Positions 34,108 to 46,088 of a stretch of 64,000 nucleotides of DNA are shown piece after piece. Source of the DNA: Takakia lepidozioides (lineage: Eukaryota > Plantae > Bryophyta); NCBI GenBank assembly GCA_030704615.1, contig CM060731.1:2728001-2792000 (forward strand). Direction: 5' to 3'. The notes beneath the pieces are model-generated. The model was given only the letters and a program-made list of their open reading frames with translations, did no database searches and was not told the DNA's origin. The position numbers and the translations under genes were made by a program. Each line of letters begins with the position of its first letter. Position 1 is the stretch's first letter.

Positions 34108-36495
34108 AGCGACCGCCAACTTGGCAGTCGCTCGATTTTCGGAAAAATTAAAAAATAGGCGACCGCGAGAACTGCCGGTCGCTCCATTTTTCGGGAAAAA
34201 AAAATAAAAAAATGACCACCAGAACAGGCGGTCGCTCCATTTTCGCATCATTTAAAAAAAATTAAAAAAAAAAAAAGCGACCGCCAACATAGGCAGTCGC
34301 TTCATTTTTAAAAACTTAAAAAAAAAAAAAAACGACCGCCAACATAGGCGGTCGCTTCATTTAAAAACAATTTAAAATAAATAAGCGACCGCTAGCATAG
34401 GCGGTCGGTTCATTTTCAAAACACTTAAAATAAATAAGCGACCGCCAACATAGGTGGTCGCTTCATTTTTAAAAAATTTAAAATAAATAAGTGACCGCCA
34501 ACAAAAGCGGTCCCTTCATTTTCAAAAACTTTAAAACAAAAAAACCGACCGACTACATGGGCGGTCGCTTCGTTAATTTTTTTTCAAAAAAAAATAAGCG
34601 ACCGTTAGCATAGGCGGTTGCTTCATTTTCAAAACATTTAAAATAAATAAGCGACCGCCAACATAGGCAGTCGCTTCATTTTCAAAAACTTTAAAAAAAA
34701 TAAGCGACCGCCAACATAGGCGGTCGCTTCATTTTGAAAAAAAAATAAAAAAAATAAGCGACCGCCAGCATTGGCGGTCGGTTCATTTTCAAAACATTTA
34801 AAATAAATAAACGACTGCCAATATAGGTGGTCGATTCAATTAAAAAAAAATTAAAATAAATAAGCGACCGCCAGCATGGGCGGTCGCTTCATTTTCAAAA
34901 CATTTAAAATAAACAAGCGACCGCCAACATAGGCGGCGCTTCATTTTCAAAACATTTAAAATAAATAAGCGACCGCCAACATAGGCGGTCGCTTCATTTT
35001 CAAAAAATTTAAAATAAATAAGCGACCGCCAACATAGGCGGTCGCTTCATTTTCAAAAGCTTTAAAAAAAAAAAAGCGACCGCCAACATACGCAGTCGCT
35101 TCATTTTGAAAAACTTTAAAAAAAGTAAGCGACCGCCAATATAGGCGGTCGCCTCATTTTTAAAAACATTAAAAAAAAATAAGCGACCGCCAGCAATGGC
35201 GGTCGCCCCGACCGCCAACATAGGCGTTCGCTGCATTTAAAAACAATTTAAAATAAATAAGCGACCGCCAGCATGGGCGGTCGCTTTATTTTCAAAATAT
35301 TTAAAATAAATAAGCGACTGCCAACATAGGCGGTCACTTCATTAATTTTTATAAAAAAAAAATAAGCGACCGCCAACATAGGCGGTCGCTTCATTAATTA
35401 AAATAATAATAAAATAAGCGACCACTAGCATTGGCGGTCGCTTCATTTTCAGAACATTTAAAATAAATAAGCGACCGCCAACATAGGCGGTGGCTTCATT
35501 TTAAAACAAAAAAACCGCCAACATAGGCGGTCGCTTCATTTTCAAAAACTTTAAAAAAAGTAAGCGACCGCCAACATAGGCGGTCGCTTCATTTAAAAAC
35601 ATTTAAAATAAATAAGCGACCGCCAGCATAGGCGGTCGCTTCATTTTCAAAACATTTAAAGTAAATAAACGACCGCCAACATAGGCGGTCGCTTCATTTT
35701 CAAAAACTTTAAAATAAATAAGCGACCGCCAACATAGGTGGTTGCTTCATTTCCAAAATAATTAAAATAAAAGCGACTGCCAGTAATGGCGGTCGCTTCA
35801 TTTCCAAAATAATTAAAATAAAAGCGACCGCTAGTAATGGCGATCGCCCCATTTCCAAAAATAAAAAAATAAAAGCAACCGCCAGTAATGGCAGTCGCTG
35901 CATCTTAAAAAATAACCATTACAGCAACCGCCAGAAATGGCGGTCGCTGCATTTTGTAAAAACAAAAACTGCCAGTAATGGAAGTGAGGGGAGGATGACT
36001 GGGGGCTTATATGGCCCCCCCGCCTCATTCATCGCTCCACGTGCAGGGTAGACCTCGTAGAAACGACCGCCACCATGGCGGTCGCTCCATTTCTCCAAAA
36101 AAAAAAAAAAAAACGACCGCCTGTAATGGCGGTCGCTGCATTTATAAAAACAAAAAAGAATTTCAAGCGAAGTGAGGGGAGAATGTCCCGGAGCTTATAT
36201 GCCCCCCTTCCCCCCGCCTCACTCCTCACTCCATGCGCAGGGCACACTTCGTAGAAGCGACCGCCACCTTGGCGGTCGCTCCATTTTCATTTTCAAAATA
36301 ATTAAAATATAAGCGACCGCCATAAATGGCGGTCGCTCCATTTTGATCCAAAAAAACAAAAAAACGACCGCCAGTAACGGCGGTCGCTTCATTTCCAAAA
36401 TAATGACTGGGAGCTTATATGCTCCCCCCCCCTCATTCCTCGCTCCACGCAGAGGGCAGACCTCGTAGAAGCGACCGCCACCTTGGCGGTCGCTC
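34108..36495. repeat. Long (~2.4 kb) array of GCGACCGCC-N6-GGCGGTCGC palindromes with A-tract linkers, upstream of the RING gene
   Basis: Roughly 40 units such as taagcgaccgccaacataggcggtcgcttcattttc. Confidence 0.95.
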
Positions 36496-36767
36496 CATTT
36501 AAATAAAAATGAATGCACAGTTGGAAGCATGACACAATTGTTCTCTATTCCACAAGCAAATAACCGAACACAAACATGAGCAAGTGACGGGGCATTTGGC
36601 CGACATTTTGGCTGGTATACACATGGGCAACATCTTTTATTTTCCAACACATACACAACAGCAATACAAATACTCATAGTGACAATGATCACATTGGTAT
36701 TACTTCAGTACAGAAATATAAACATGTCCACTAAAAAGTGCTGATGCATGCCTACAGCTGTTTTGTT

Positions 36768-39756
36768 TCAATTCCTTCTACTCCTCCGACGGCGGGACGA
36801 AAAAGATCCTAATCCTAATGCTCCGATGGGTTGAAAATCCGGGTCACCCTCGACTTCACTACCGTTGTCATGATCAGTGCTGGAATCGTCCTCCCTATCC
36901 GACCTCATATGTCCAGGCCTTTGAATCTGCAAGCGACCTCGAACCACATTTAGTTCTCTCTGAGGTCGACTCCCGCTCCGGTCTTCAATACCATCCACGG
37001 TATTTGGCCTGTTTGTGGGCCGATCGCCTACAAAAGGTTGGACTGTTCTCTGTTGTTTATGGACTTGGGACGCAATCGAAGGTGGTCTCGAAGGAGGTAC
37101 CGGAGGGGGGACTGCTTGAGATGGATCGACATTAGATGGTCCGGCATGTGAGGAACCACGGGTCTGCTGCGCAACACGTCGGTTAAGGTGGAATTGTAGT
37201 GGCAGGTTGTCATCATCCGAGGCTTTAACTTCCGCCCGGTCTAATGTATCAGAATGATGCATGCGTGTGGAAAACAGATCAACCCTGTTGCTCTTTAATG
37301 CCCGCTGTGTTGATGGGGAGCTGGATCGGTTTTGGCATTGTGGTGGAGCTGGTCGTATCGGTGAGGCATGATCCCGTCCCGTCGACTGTACAATGGGTTT
37401 GACACCATCGTTTGTATGAACAAGGTTGCGTACGTCGATCGGTCCTGCCAGTACATCACCCCTAAGCTCCATTGGGGCTACTACTGGTTTCAGCATGTAG
37501 TGCGGGGCGAGGGTCGACCCCAACTTCATTTTGAGGACCATGTTCTGGGGATGACACAATTGCAACTTCACCTTCATCTGCGATACGCATTTTTTCAAGA
37601 AGATCATCAAAGGTCGGCTGGATATAAGCATCCTTCTCTGTGAATGTAAACCTGTCATACGCATTTTCATGAGCATCATCGGATCCATCTTCACTATCGG
37701 AGGCAGATGATTCCCTCTGAGATGATTATCTCTAAGGCTCAGTATCGTCACTCATCAAATCAGCCTCAGAAGCAGAGTCTTCGGAATGCAAATTCCTCTC
37801 ATACCATGCTGCAGCATCATCCGCTGCCCTCTCACGTAGCAGTCGACAATTGGTATACACATACACCAATTTGTCAGCCTTCGCGGGATTCAACCTGTTG
37901 CGAATCTTGTTGTGAACAAATGAATAACTGCTTCAATTGCGTTCGCAAGATGAGGCAGAGTACACTTGAGCAAGAATACGCTTCGCAATGGGAGCCAATG
38001 TTCTTGCTCCAACTCCAATTAGATCCCACCATTCATGTGGCAGCATATTGAGCTCTTTTGAATCCGGCATGTCCTCAAAAAGGTCGCGGCGATCTGAGAA
38101 GCATTGGTTTTCGGATATAGCTCTCTCTGCATGGTTCGGCGGAGCCAGTCGCATGAGCACTCGCATGAGGCCGGCCTTGGCATCAGCGTCGTCTCGGAGC
38201 ATGGTATTGTCAAGCAAGAATGGATTGAGCAAAGCTCGCACATAATACAAGTCCGTTCGAACCATCGAACGACGGTCGTAAAATGCATCCTCAGCACTGT
38301 CCGCAAGTTCAGGTTCCAAGAAGAAGGGAGGATGCCTCAAGGATTGGACGTGTTTCTCAAGATTTTGCATTAGTAACCATGCCTTGCCCATTACTGGTTG
38401 CTTTTCATCAAACTCCCGCAAGACGATTGACACCGGCTCAACCATATAAACAAAGTTTTCACATTTCTTCCAGAAATCATCGCTGCAAATGTTATTTCGA
38501 ACTTTTCGACTTTTGCCCAATGACTTGGCTTTTCTGGAGTCCCGCAATGTCCGTGTGTACGCATCCCATTGAGGATCGATGCTGGTGTGCTCCAGACTAC
38601 TCTTCACCGTCACGAACTAATCCACCATCAAGAAGTTAGTGACAAAACGAGTTTCGCCTGGATTGCGGAGGTTGTATTTGGGTTCGTGCCTCCTATATAT
38701 TGCTAAATGGATGTGGTGTGTGCGGATGAACGACACAACAGTCTTCGCTCGCTTGACAAGTTGTTTCACCCACCGTTCTTTTCCCCAATCTTCCAAAATG
38801 AGGTAAAGGATATGAGCAGCACAACCTTGATAGTACATATGGGGATAATGTGCCAACAACATGTCTGCAGTGTTTCTCATGTTAGCGGCATTGTCTGTGT
38901 ATATTTGCACGATTCTATCACTTCCGACCTGTTTGATGAAGTTCGTCAATAGTTGGCATTGATAAGGTCCATCTTTCTTCTCGCCGCTAGTGTCGACCGA
39001 TCCCGAGAATTGTTCCCCAGCTAGACATACGAGCATGACATTGAACAACGGTCTGTTTGTGACAGAACTCCATCCATCGGTACATATAGTGTTTCCATAT
39101 TTTCTGATGCACTCGCCCGTCCTATCGTTGACCTTTTGGGTAAACTCGGTCATGGCGTCTTCTAGCAATCATGTACGGAGATTGTGATAAGTCGGAGGCA
39201 CGTACGTGGATCTGGACTCCGAGGTTGCTCTAACGGCAGAAACAAATGCCGGAAGCCTTGCCACAGTAAATGGTATGTTGGCCTCAAAGAAAAACTGCGT
39301 CTATTTTTTATCCAACTGTCTTTTCGCAGACAAGTTAAGACCTTCTTGCATGGATTGCTGCCGTAATCCTCTACTCCGTTGAAGTGTAGGGGTACAAAGA
39401 GGTGTTGAAGCAAGTGTTGCTCCGGCACAATCCACTTGTCCAATGACACCCGTAGCCTCACAAGAGTCGCCCTGGGTGCTAATCAGGGCATCCTGACGGG
39501 AAGATGGAGTGTTCTGCTCAGAGGTCATGTCCAGATCCAAAGACATTGGAATATTGCCTCCACACTGGGTAAAGTGGTTTTTTACCCGCATAGATGCTTT
39601 GGGGCATAAACCCACCCCAACGCTCTTCACACCTTTATAGCCGAGGTGAGCGAGCAACCGATCCTTACGATAAGAAAGTTTTAATGCACATAGGTTGCAC
39701 TCAACACTACTAGTGTTCGGGATTGCCGAATACCAAGGGCTCCATTCCTCCCTCAT
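36768..39756 (-). pseudogene. hAT transposase (BED finger, DDE core, hATC dimerisation domain, long low-complexity C-terminus) with in-frame stops
   Basis: W..ECNLC...LLAHL...C BED finger; TDGWS; TDNAANM; CAAH; ETRF; WW...ILAQVYSASSCERN. Confidence 0.93.
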
Positions 39757-40189
39757 CTTCACCCAATATCCACTCCCCTGGGACCTAGCGATGCAAGCAA
39801 CAAAAAACAATCACCTATAAATGAACGTGTTGTGAATGTAGAGTGCAATGCGATAGCCCAACACTTCTACACCTGTCAGCAACCCAAGTGGGTCGATGTG
39901 GGTTGTAGTGTTGAGCTTATACACAATTTGCTGAAGTGGCTTTGGTGGAAGCCACAACGGCAAAATGTCCGTACCTTCCTCTTGGGCTACACTCTCGTTC
40001 AATGGAAGAGAACATCCAAAACAACCTCAAGTGTTTGCGCCAAAAGAAGTGAGGAGCTTGGTGACCCTCCTCCGTTATATATGATCTAAGAGGGATGAAA
40101 GTGAAATAAAAGTGAAATGAATAAATGACGAACCAATAGCGCCTACCCGAAAAAGGCTGTACAACCATATTTGTTGTAATTTTGAAATT

Positions 40190-41500
40190 AAGCGACCGCT
40201 AATACTACGGTCGCTATTTTTTTTTTTAATGAAAAACAAGCGACCGCCACTACTGTGGTCGCTTTTATTTCCTTTCATTTTGTGCAATATTGCGGTCACT
40301 TCTATTTTGTATATTTTTAAATTTAAGCGACCGCCGGTATGGCGGTCGGTTCATTTGTTAATATATTTAAAATAAAGCGACCGCCAATATGGTGGTCGCT
40401 TTTATTTTTAATATTTAAAAAGAAACGCAATCGCCAGTAAGGCGGTCGCTTTTAATCTTTATATTTTGGTGGTCGTTTGTTTTTCTATACATTTTTTAAA
40501 TTAAGCGACCGCCCATTGGCGGTCGCTGTTTTTTTTATACATTTTTGAAATTATCCGACCGCCATATGGCGGTCGCTTGTTCTGTACATATTTACAAAAT
40601 TATGCGACCGCCAATACGGCAGTCGCTTGTTTTCTTTTTTAAATTAGGCGACCGCCAATGCGACCGCCAATCTTATTTTTTCTTAAAAATAAATTGAAGC
40701 AACCGCCTAGATAGCGGTCGCTATTTCTTTTTTTAATTCAAAAAATAAAGCGATCGCCACTGCGACCGCCAATCTTGCTTTAAAAATAAATAAATTGAAG
40801 CGACCGCCAATATGGCGGTCGCTATTTCTTTTTCTATTTCGAAAAACAAAGCGACCGCCAGTGCGACCGCCAATACGGCGGTCGTTATTTCTTTTTTAAT
40901 TTCGAAAAACAAAGCGACCGCCATAATTGGCGGTCACGTTCATTTTGTTAATTTTCAAAAATATATTTGCCACCGTGCGACCACCAATACGGCAGTCGCT
41001 TGTTTTCTTTTTTAAATTAGGCGACTGCCAGTGCGACCGCCAATCTTGCTCTGAAAAAACAAATTGAAGCGACCGCCAATACGGCGGTCGCTTTTTTTTT
41101 ATAAAAATTCGTAAAACAAAACGACCGCCATAATTGGCGGTCGCGTTCATTTTGTTAATTTTCAAAAATGTATTTGCCACCGTGCGACCGCCAATACGAC
41201 AGTCGCTTGTTTTCTTTTTTAAATTAGGCGACCGCCAATACGCCCGCCAATCTTGTTTTTTTTTTTAAAAATAAATTTAACCGACCGCCAACATAGCGGT
41301 CGCTATTTGTTTTTTTAATTCGAAAAATAAGGCGACTGCCAGTGCGACCGCCTATCTTGCTTTTAAAAAAAAAAAATTTGAAGCGACCGCCAGTGCGACT
41401 GCCAATTTTGCTTTTAAAAAAATAAAAATTTAAGCGACCGCCAATACGGCGGTCGCTATTTCTTTTTTAATTTCGAAAAACAAAGCGAACAGGCGGTCGT
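40190..41500. repeat. GCGACCGCC palindrome array upstream of the transposase
   Basis: Many full and half sites separated by A/T tracts. Confidence 0.9.
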
Positions 41501-42089
41501 GTTCATTTTGTTAATTTTCAAAATGTATTTGCCACCGCCACCATGTCGGCGACGTGGCTGCTTAAGTGGTAGTATTTTACCTGGTACTATTTTTACCAGA
41601 ATATTCCCCGAACCTGACGTGACGGAGGTCTCGTCAGCGTCAGGTCTGATGTGACCTGACGCTGACGGACGGACGTGACGCTGATAACCAGGAACGGGGG
41701 TGAAGTGAGTGGGGACGAAGATTTTGTACCAGGCGTGAGATCATACCATCGTCGTCGTGCCAGACGAAACTAGGTACAGCTATAACTTCTGTCACATGAT
41801 GTGTAGTATGTTTCCATGGATATCCATGTTTCAGTTTGGGTACATCCATACGTGTACGAAAATAAAAATGGTGGAATATGTGTACCCAAGAAAAGGTGTG
41901 GTGGTTGTGCGTGTGTTTGTGTTTCGTCATTACCTTTACATTGTTGATTTCCTATTATGGTTTCGAAAGCCACAAAGGCCAGGTGCAGCTCCCAACATTC
42001 ATCCCTTCACAAATCCATGGGGAGTCGATACATATGCTTTTCATCTGCCTCTCCAAACATACATACAGGTGCAAGAGAACCAACCTCCT

Positions 42090-43190
42090 GGTGGTCGCAC
42101 CTATTTTAAAAATAATAATTGTGCGACCACCAGTAGCGGTCGTCGCAATTGTTAAAATAAAAGAAAAATGTTGTGACCACCCCCCTGCTGGTAGTCGCAC
42201 CTATTTACTGATTTAATAGGTAGTAAGTTAGTACGTAGTAAGGGGGGGTTTCCCTTATATAGCCTCTCATTGCGGTGGGACCCTTCTAGAAGCCCGCCGA
42301 CCCTGGGAGCCTTCTAGAAGGCCCTGGACACATGTCAACCCTACAAGACTCCATATTCTAAATTTAGCCAATTCCTCCATTCTTTTTTTGGACCCCCTCA
42401 TCTCATTCCTTAATACACGTGGCCTTCCTACATAGGCACCCCACTCTAATTCCTGGACCACTCTAGAATCAGGGCCCGAATGAAACTGCTCTACATATTA
42501 TTCGCACCTATTTAACAAAAAGAAAAATAGTCCGACCACCCCCCTGCTGGTGGTCGCAGCTATTTAAAAATAGAAAATTCTGCGACCACCCCCTTGCTGG
42601 TGGTCGCCCCTAAAAAAAAATGGTGCGACCACCCCCCTGCTAATGGTCGCAGTTTTTTTTTTTTTTTTTGGGAAACATCTGGGAGCGACAGCTCACAAAT
42701 CAGGCCCCTTAGTAGTGAGAGGAGAAAATAACCTCTTTCATTTATGCGCCATGAGGCTTAGGAATGGGGCAGCACACACGAACCATACCACACCCATCAA
42801 GTAGCAAGATTTGACCCCAGAATTGTCCGGGTCGCACTCAGTGCACTTAACCAACTGAGCTACTGACTGTTGGTAGATATTAAAAATTCGGAAAATTATA
42901 TGACCACCCCCCTACGACCACCCCCCTGCTGGTGGTCGCACCTATTTGTTTTAAACAAAATTTCTGTGACCACCCCCCTGCTGGTGGGCGCGCCTATTAA
43001 AAAAAAGAAAAATTATGCGACCACCTCCCTGCTGGTGGTCGCACCTATTAAAAATAAATAAAAATCTACGACCACCCCCTTCTGGTGGTCACACCCATTG
43101 AAAAAAATTTGCGACCACCCCCCTGCTGGTGGTCGCACCTAATAAAGAAAAGAAAAAATGATGCGACCACCCCCTGCTGGCGGTCGCAAC
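42090..43190. repeat. GCGACCACC-N7/8-GGTGGTCGC palindrome array upstream of the copy B RING gene
   Basis: e.g. gcgaccacccccttgctggtggtcgc at ~42582-42607. Confidence 0.9.
42652..42868 (-). mobile_element. tRNA-derived SINE (equivalent position to 7047-7264)
   Basis: Reverse complement of the copy A SINE, with a poly(T) run at 42653-42669. Confidence 0.65.
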
Positions 43191-43656
43191 TAGCTTGCAT
43201 AGGGCGCAGCAAGGAAATTGAATTACTAGCGTGCGCAGTTTGATGGCAGCACGCCCCGAGTGTGGAGGGGGGGCTTATAAGGCCTTGGAGGCCATTCTCT
43301 CCCTCACTTTTCTCTACACCAGGACTTGGTGGGCGATGGGATGTTGCATTCCTTATTCTTGAGTCCAAGTGGAGAGGGGTGCTATTGGTTGGCTGGGGGG
43401 TATTTTGGGCCGTTGGTTTCTACGAAATCGATGCTGAGTACCTCCCGGGAAGCCCTCCTCTGGCACCCACGTTTTTTTCATTGCACATTGCGTCATATCA
43501 CTTAGAACTGCGGAGGGAGTGACACGTGCCTCTAGTACTTGGGGAGGATTCATTAGGGAGTAGGATTAGGGAGTAGGATTAGGTACGATTTAGGAGGGTT
43601 GGGAGAGCATTTTTCTTAGCAAACACCTGTCGAGTAGGGGTAAGCCAAAGCCATAA

Positions 43657-46088
43657 ATGGCGGAGGATGAAGACAGAGGAGGTCATCCTAGGGATGACGA
43701 TAATGAACCTGGACCTCCCAAAAAAAAACCAAAAGGGGCCAGGCGCGAACTTCGTTGGGACTTATACAATGACCCCAACATTCTTGCGGAACCAGGTTGG
43801 GAAGTTTGGAGGTTGGGGCAGCGGTGGTCGCTTGGTGACTGCAGGAAATTTGTGGACTGGTGTCACATAAATCGTTTGTGGCCCATAGATAGGCATGATC
43901 CACAAAGCAAACAAAATCAAGCTAGTTTGCATTCTTGCGCCAACCCGCATTTCCGCCACATGGCAGAGGAGGTACATACAACATTGTGGGGTCAACTGCT
44001 CGTCAACAACAAGGTCCCATATTTATTTGCGGCCATGTTGTACACAAAGTTGATTTTATTACGACCAGTGGATTGACAAACTGCCACTGCGAGACGACGT
44101 ACTAGACTATACATGTTCTCTGATATCCCAGACTTGTATATACGTCAGGGGCAGGACATCATATGGTTGGATGGAAACGACGAGGTGGAAGAAGGAGGAA
44201 AGGTAGACCAACCTCTAGATTATACGCCGCAACAGGTCTCCGCAGTCGGGCCTTCAACGTCTGAGGTGGAGGGGGGCGAGGTACGCTCTCCGTTGGAGGA
44301 ACAGTTGCCCGCACATGAACAGCACATCAAGGACCTGCATGACATTGTTCATTTGCAACGGTGACAAATAGCGAAGTTGCTGGAAAGAATGGGGTTGGGG
44401 ACTCTCGACAGCGTACGCGGTGTGCTTCAGGACCCGAGGCCAATCACCAACGAGCAAGACATATTGGCGCATTTGAATATGCCACCAATGGACATTGACC
44501 GCGTCATCAACGGGGTTGACTCAATCGGGCATGGGAATGAAGTGCAAATGCCTGAACTGGACCCGACGAGGATTGAGGAAGAAAGACTTGTGGCGGAGAG
44601 GGCAAGAAAAGGAAAGGACCCCATAGTGGAAATTGGAGAATGTTCAGCCGTGCAAATTACATCGGCCCAGGAACAGGAATTAGAGCAGCTTGTGGGGGAA
44701 TGCGAGCAAGCTAGGGCTATTGCATATCGGTACTCAAATGCCATGTAAATCCGATCGTGGCCATGGTTGCAGGGGAATTGGCGGAATTGGGTGACATGGG
44801 CGGGCCATCTAGCATCGCGAAAAACACGGATAGAAGAAGCGTTGTCCTCCCTCCAACGTGCAGCACATTTGTCGAATCGAAGCGTAGATAACATCTATGC
44901 TAATTTGCAAAGGCACGACACTATGCGTGATGTATTCACGTCGAAGTACACTGGATTCACCACATGGGGTGATGTGGATATATGTTTGAGCACTGTGTGT
45001 ATACAATTTCCGATACCAATAAGAGCATAAACTGGGATTTGGAAGTAGAGGAGGAGTGGGACAACAGGCCGGGGATGTCATCCAACATTCATGAGGATAA
45101 ACGGACGTGGATACCACTGAGCAATCTAGCGTCATGGATAACAGATGGTACGGTGTGTACAATGTGCCTAAACCCTTACAGACCGGAGGGAGGCTATATG
45201 CTTGGTTCATGTGGCCATTTGTTCCACCCCGCATGTCACATATCGGCAACCATGCGAGCCAGCCAATGCCCTAACTGCCGTGGTCCAATCCATCGACGTT
45301 TCTACGAGTTGTTTGGGTTGCAAGACAATATGCCCACGAGATACGAGTACAACCGGTACAACATACCATTGGATGTATCGCCTTACGATTTTTTAAATTG
45401 GCAGCATTGGGGGGAGACAATGACATGGGATGCTCCAAGAGAGATGCACGCCTTGGATGCGAAGACGTTAACTAGGGTTAAAGATCCGGTGACCTTTTGG
45501 GTGACATCCAACTGGGAAATAACTGTGCATGCTAGAGGCATACGTGACCCAGTCCAAATGGAGCTTTTTTGCCGGAACTTGAAAAGGCATTGGAGCTGTA
45601 CCAAACAAAGATTCTTCCGACTGCCTAAGGATCCGTGAGTGCCAGCGGAAAACGATCCATACAATCGCGAACCGATTGGGATAGACCTATTTCTGAGGGA
45701 GTTGGAGGCCGCTAGCATCCGTTGGGAGGATATAAATGAGAGGTAATGGGTGTCTCGTCGAGATGAAGGGCCATTTCTTCCAGAGTTGCGCAGAAACCCC
45801 CAGCAGGAGGAGGTGTTGGACAATTTCAAGGCTGTCATCACGAGTGTTATAAAGTATTGGCAGAACACACGGCGTGACCAAGTTGCCCCTATTCCAGGGG
45901 TGTTCTTGCCACTTCCAAACATATCGGATTTAATTGAAAAATTGCATAAAGCCATAGCAAGAGCGACAAACCCGGCTCTGGCAAATGTGGAAGAGAGTCA
46001 GCACTCGCCTAGAACGCTACGCATGATGGCAAAGGTGGACCACACAACATTGGGTCCCTACGAGGTTCATCCTTTGAACCATTTTTAA
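43657..46088 (+). pseudogene. TE-borne RING-H2 protein, copy B (multiple stops, 3' deletion)
   Basis: Near-identical to copy A. About 220 bp corresponding to ~3597-3818 is missing at ~46057. Confidence 0.85.

Larger units (their letters stand above)
24225..41692 (-). mobile_element. Complete 17,468-bp hAT transposon with kinase, RING-H2 and satellite cargo (GCGACCGCC subfamily)
   Basis: TIRs CCTAGTTATCA (24225-24235) and TGATAACCAGG (41682-41692), 10/11 match. 8-bp TSD AACGGGGG (24217-24224, 41693-41700). A single AACGGGGG in the paralogous empty site in copy A. Internal hAT transposase. Confidence 0.93.

Noticed and set aside
34108-36495. CRISPR-like array (palindromic repeats at regular spacing)
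   Set aside because: The linkers are low-complexity A/T tracts similar to each other, not unique spacers. There are no cas genes and the context is a eukaryotic TE.
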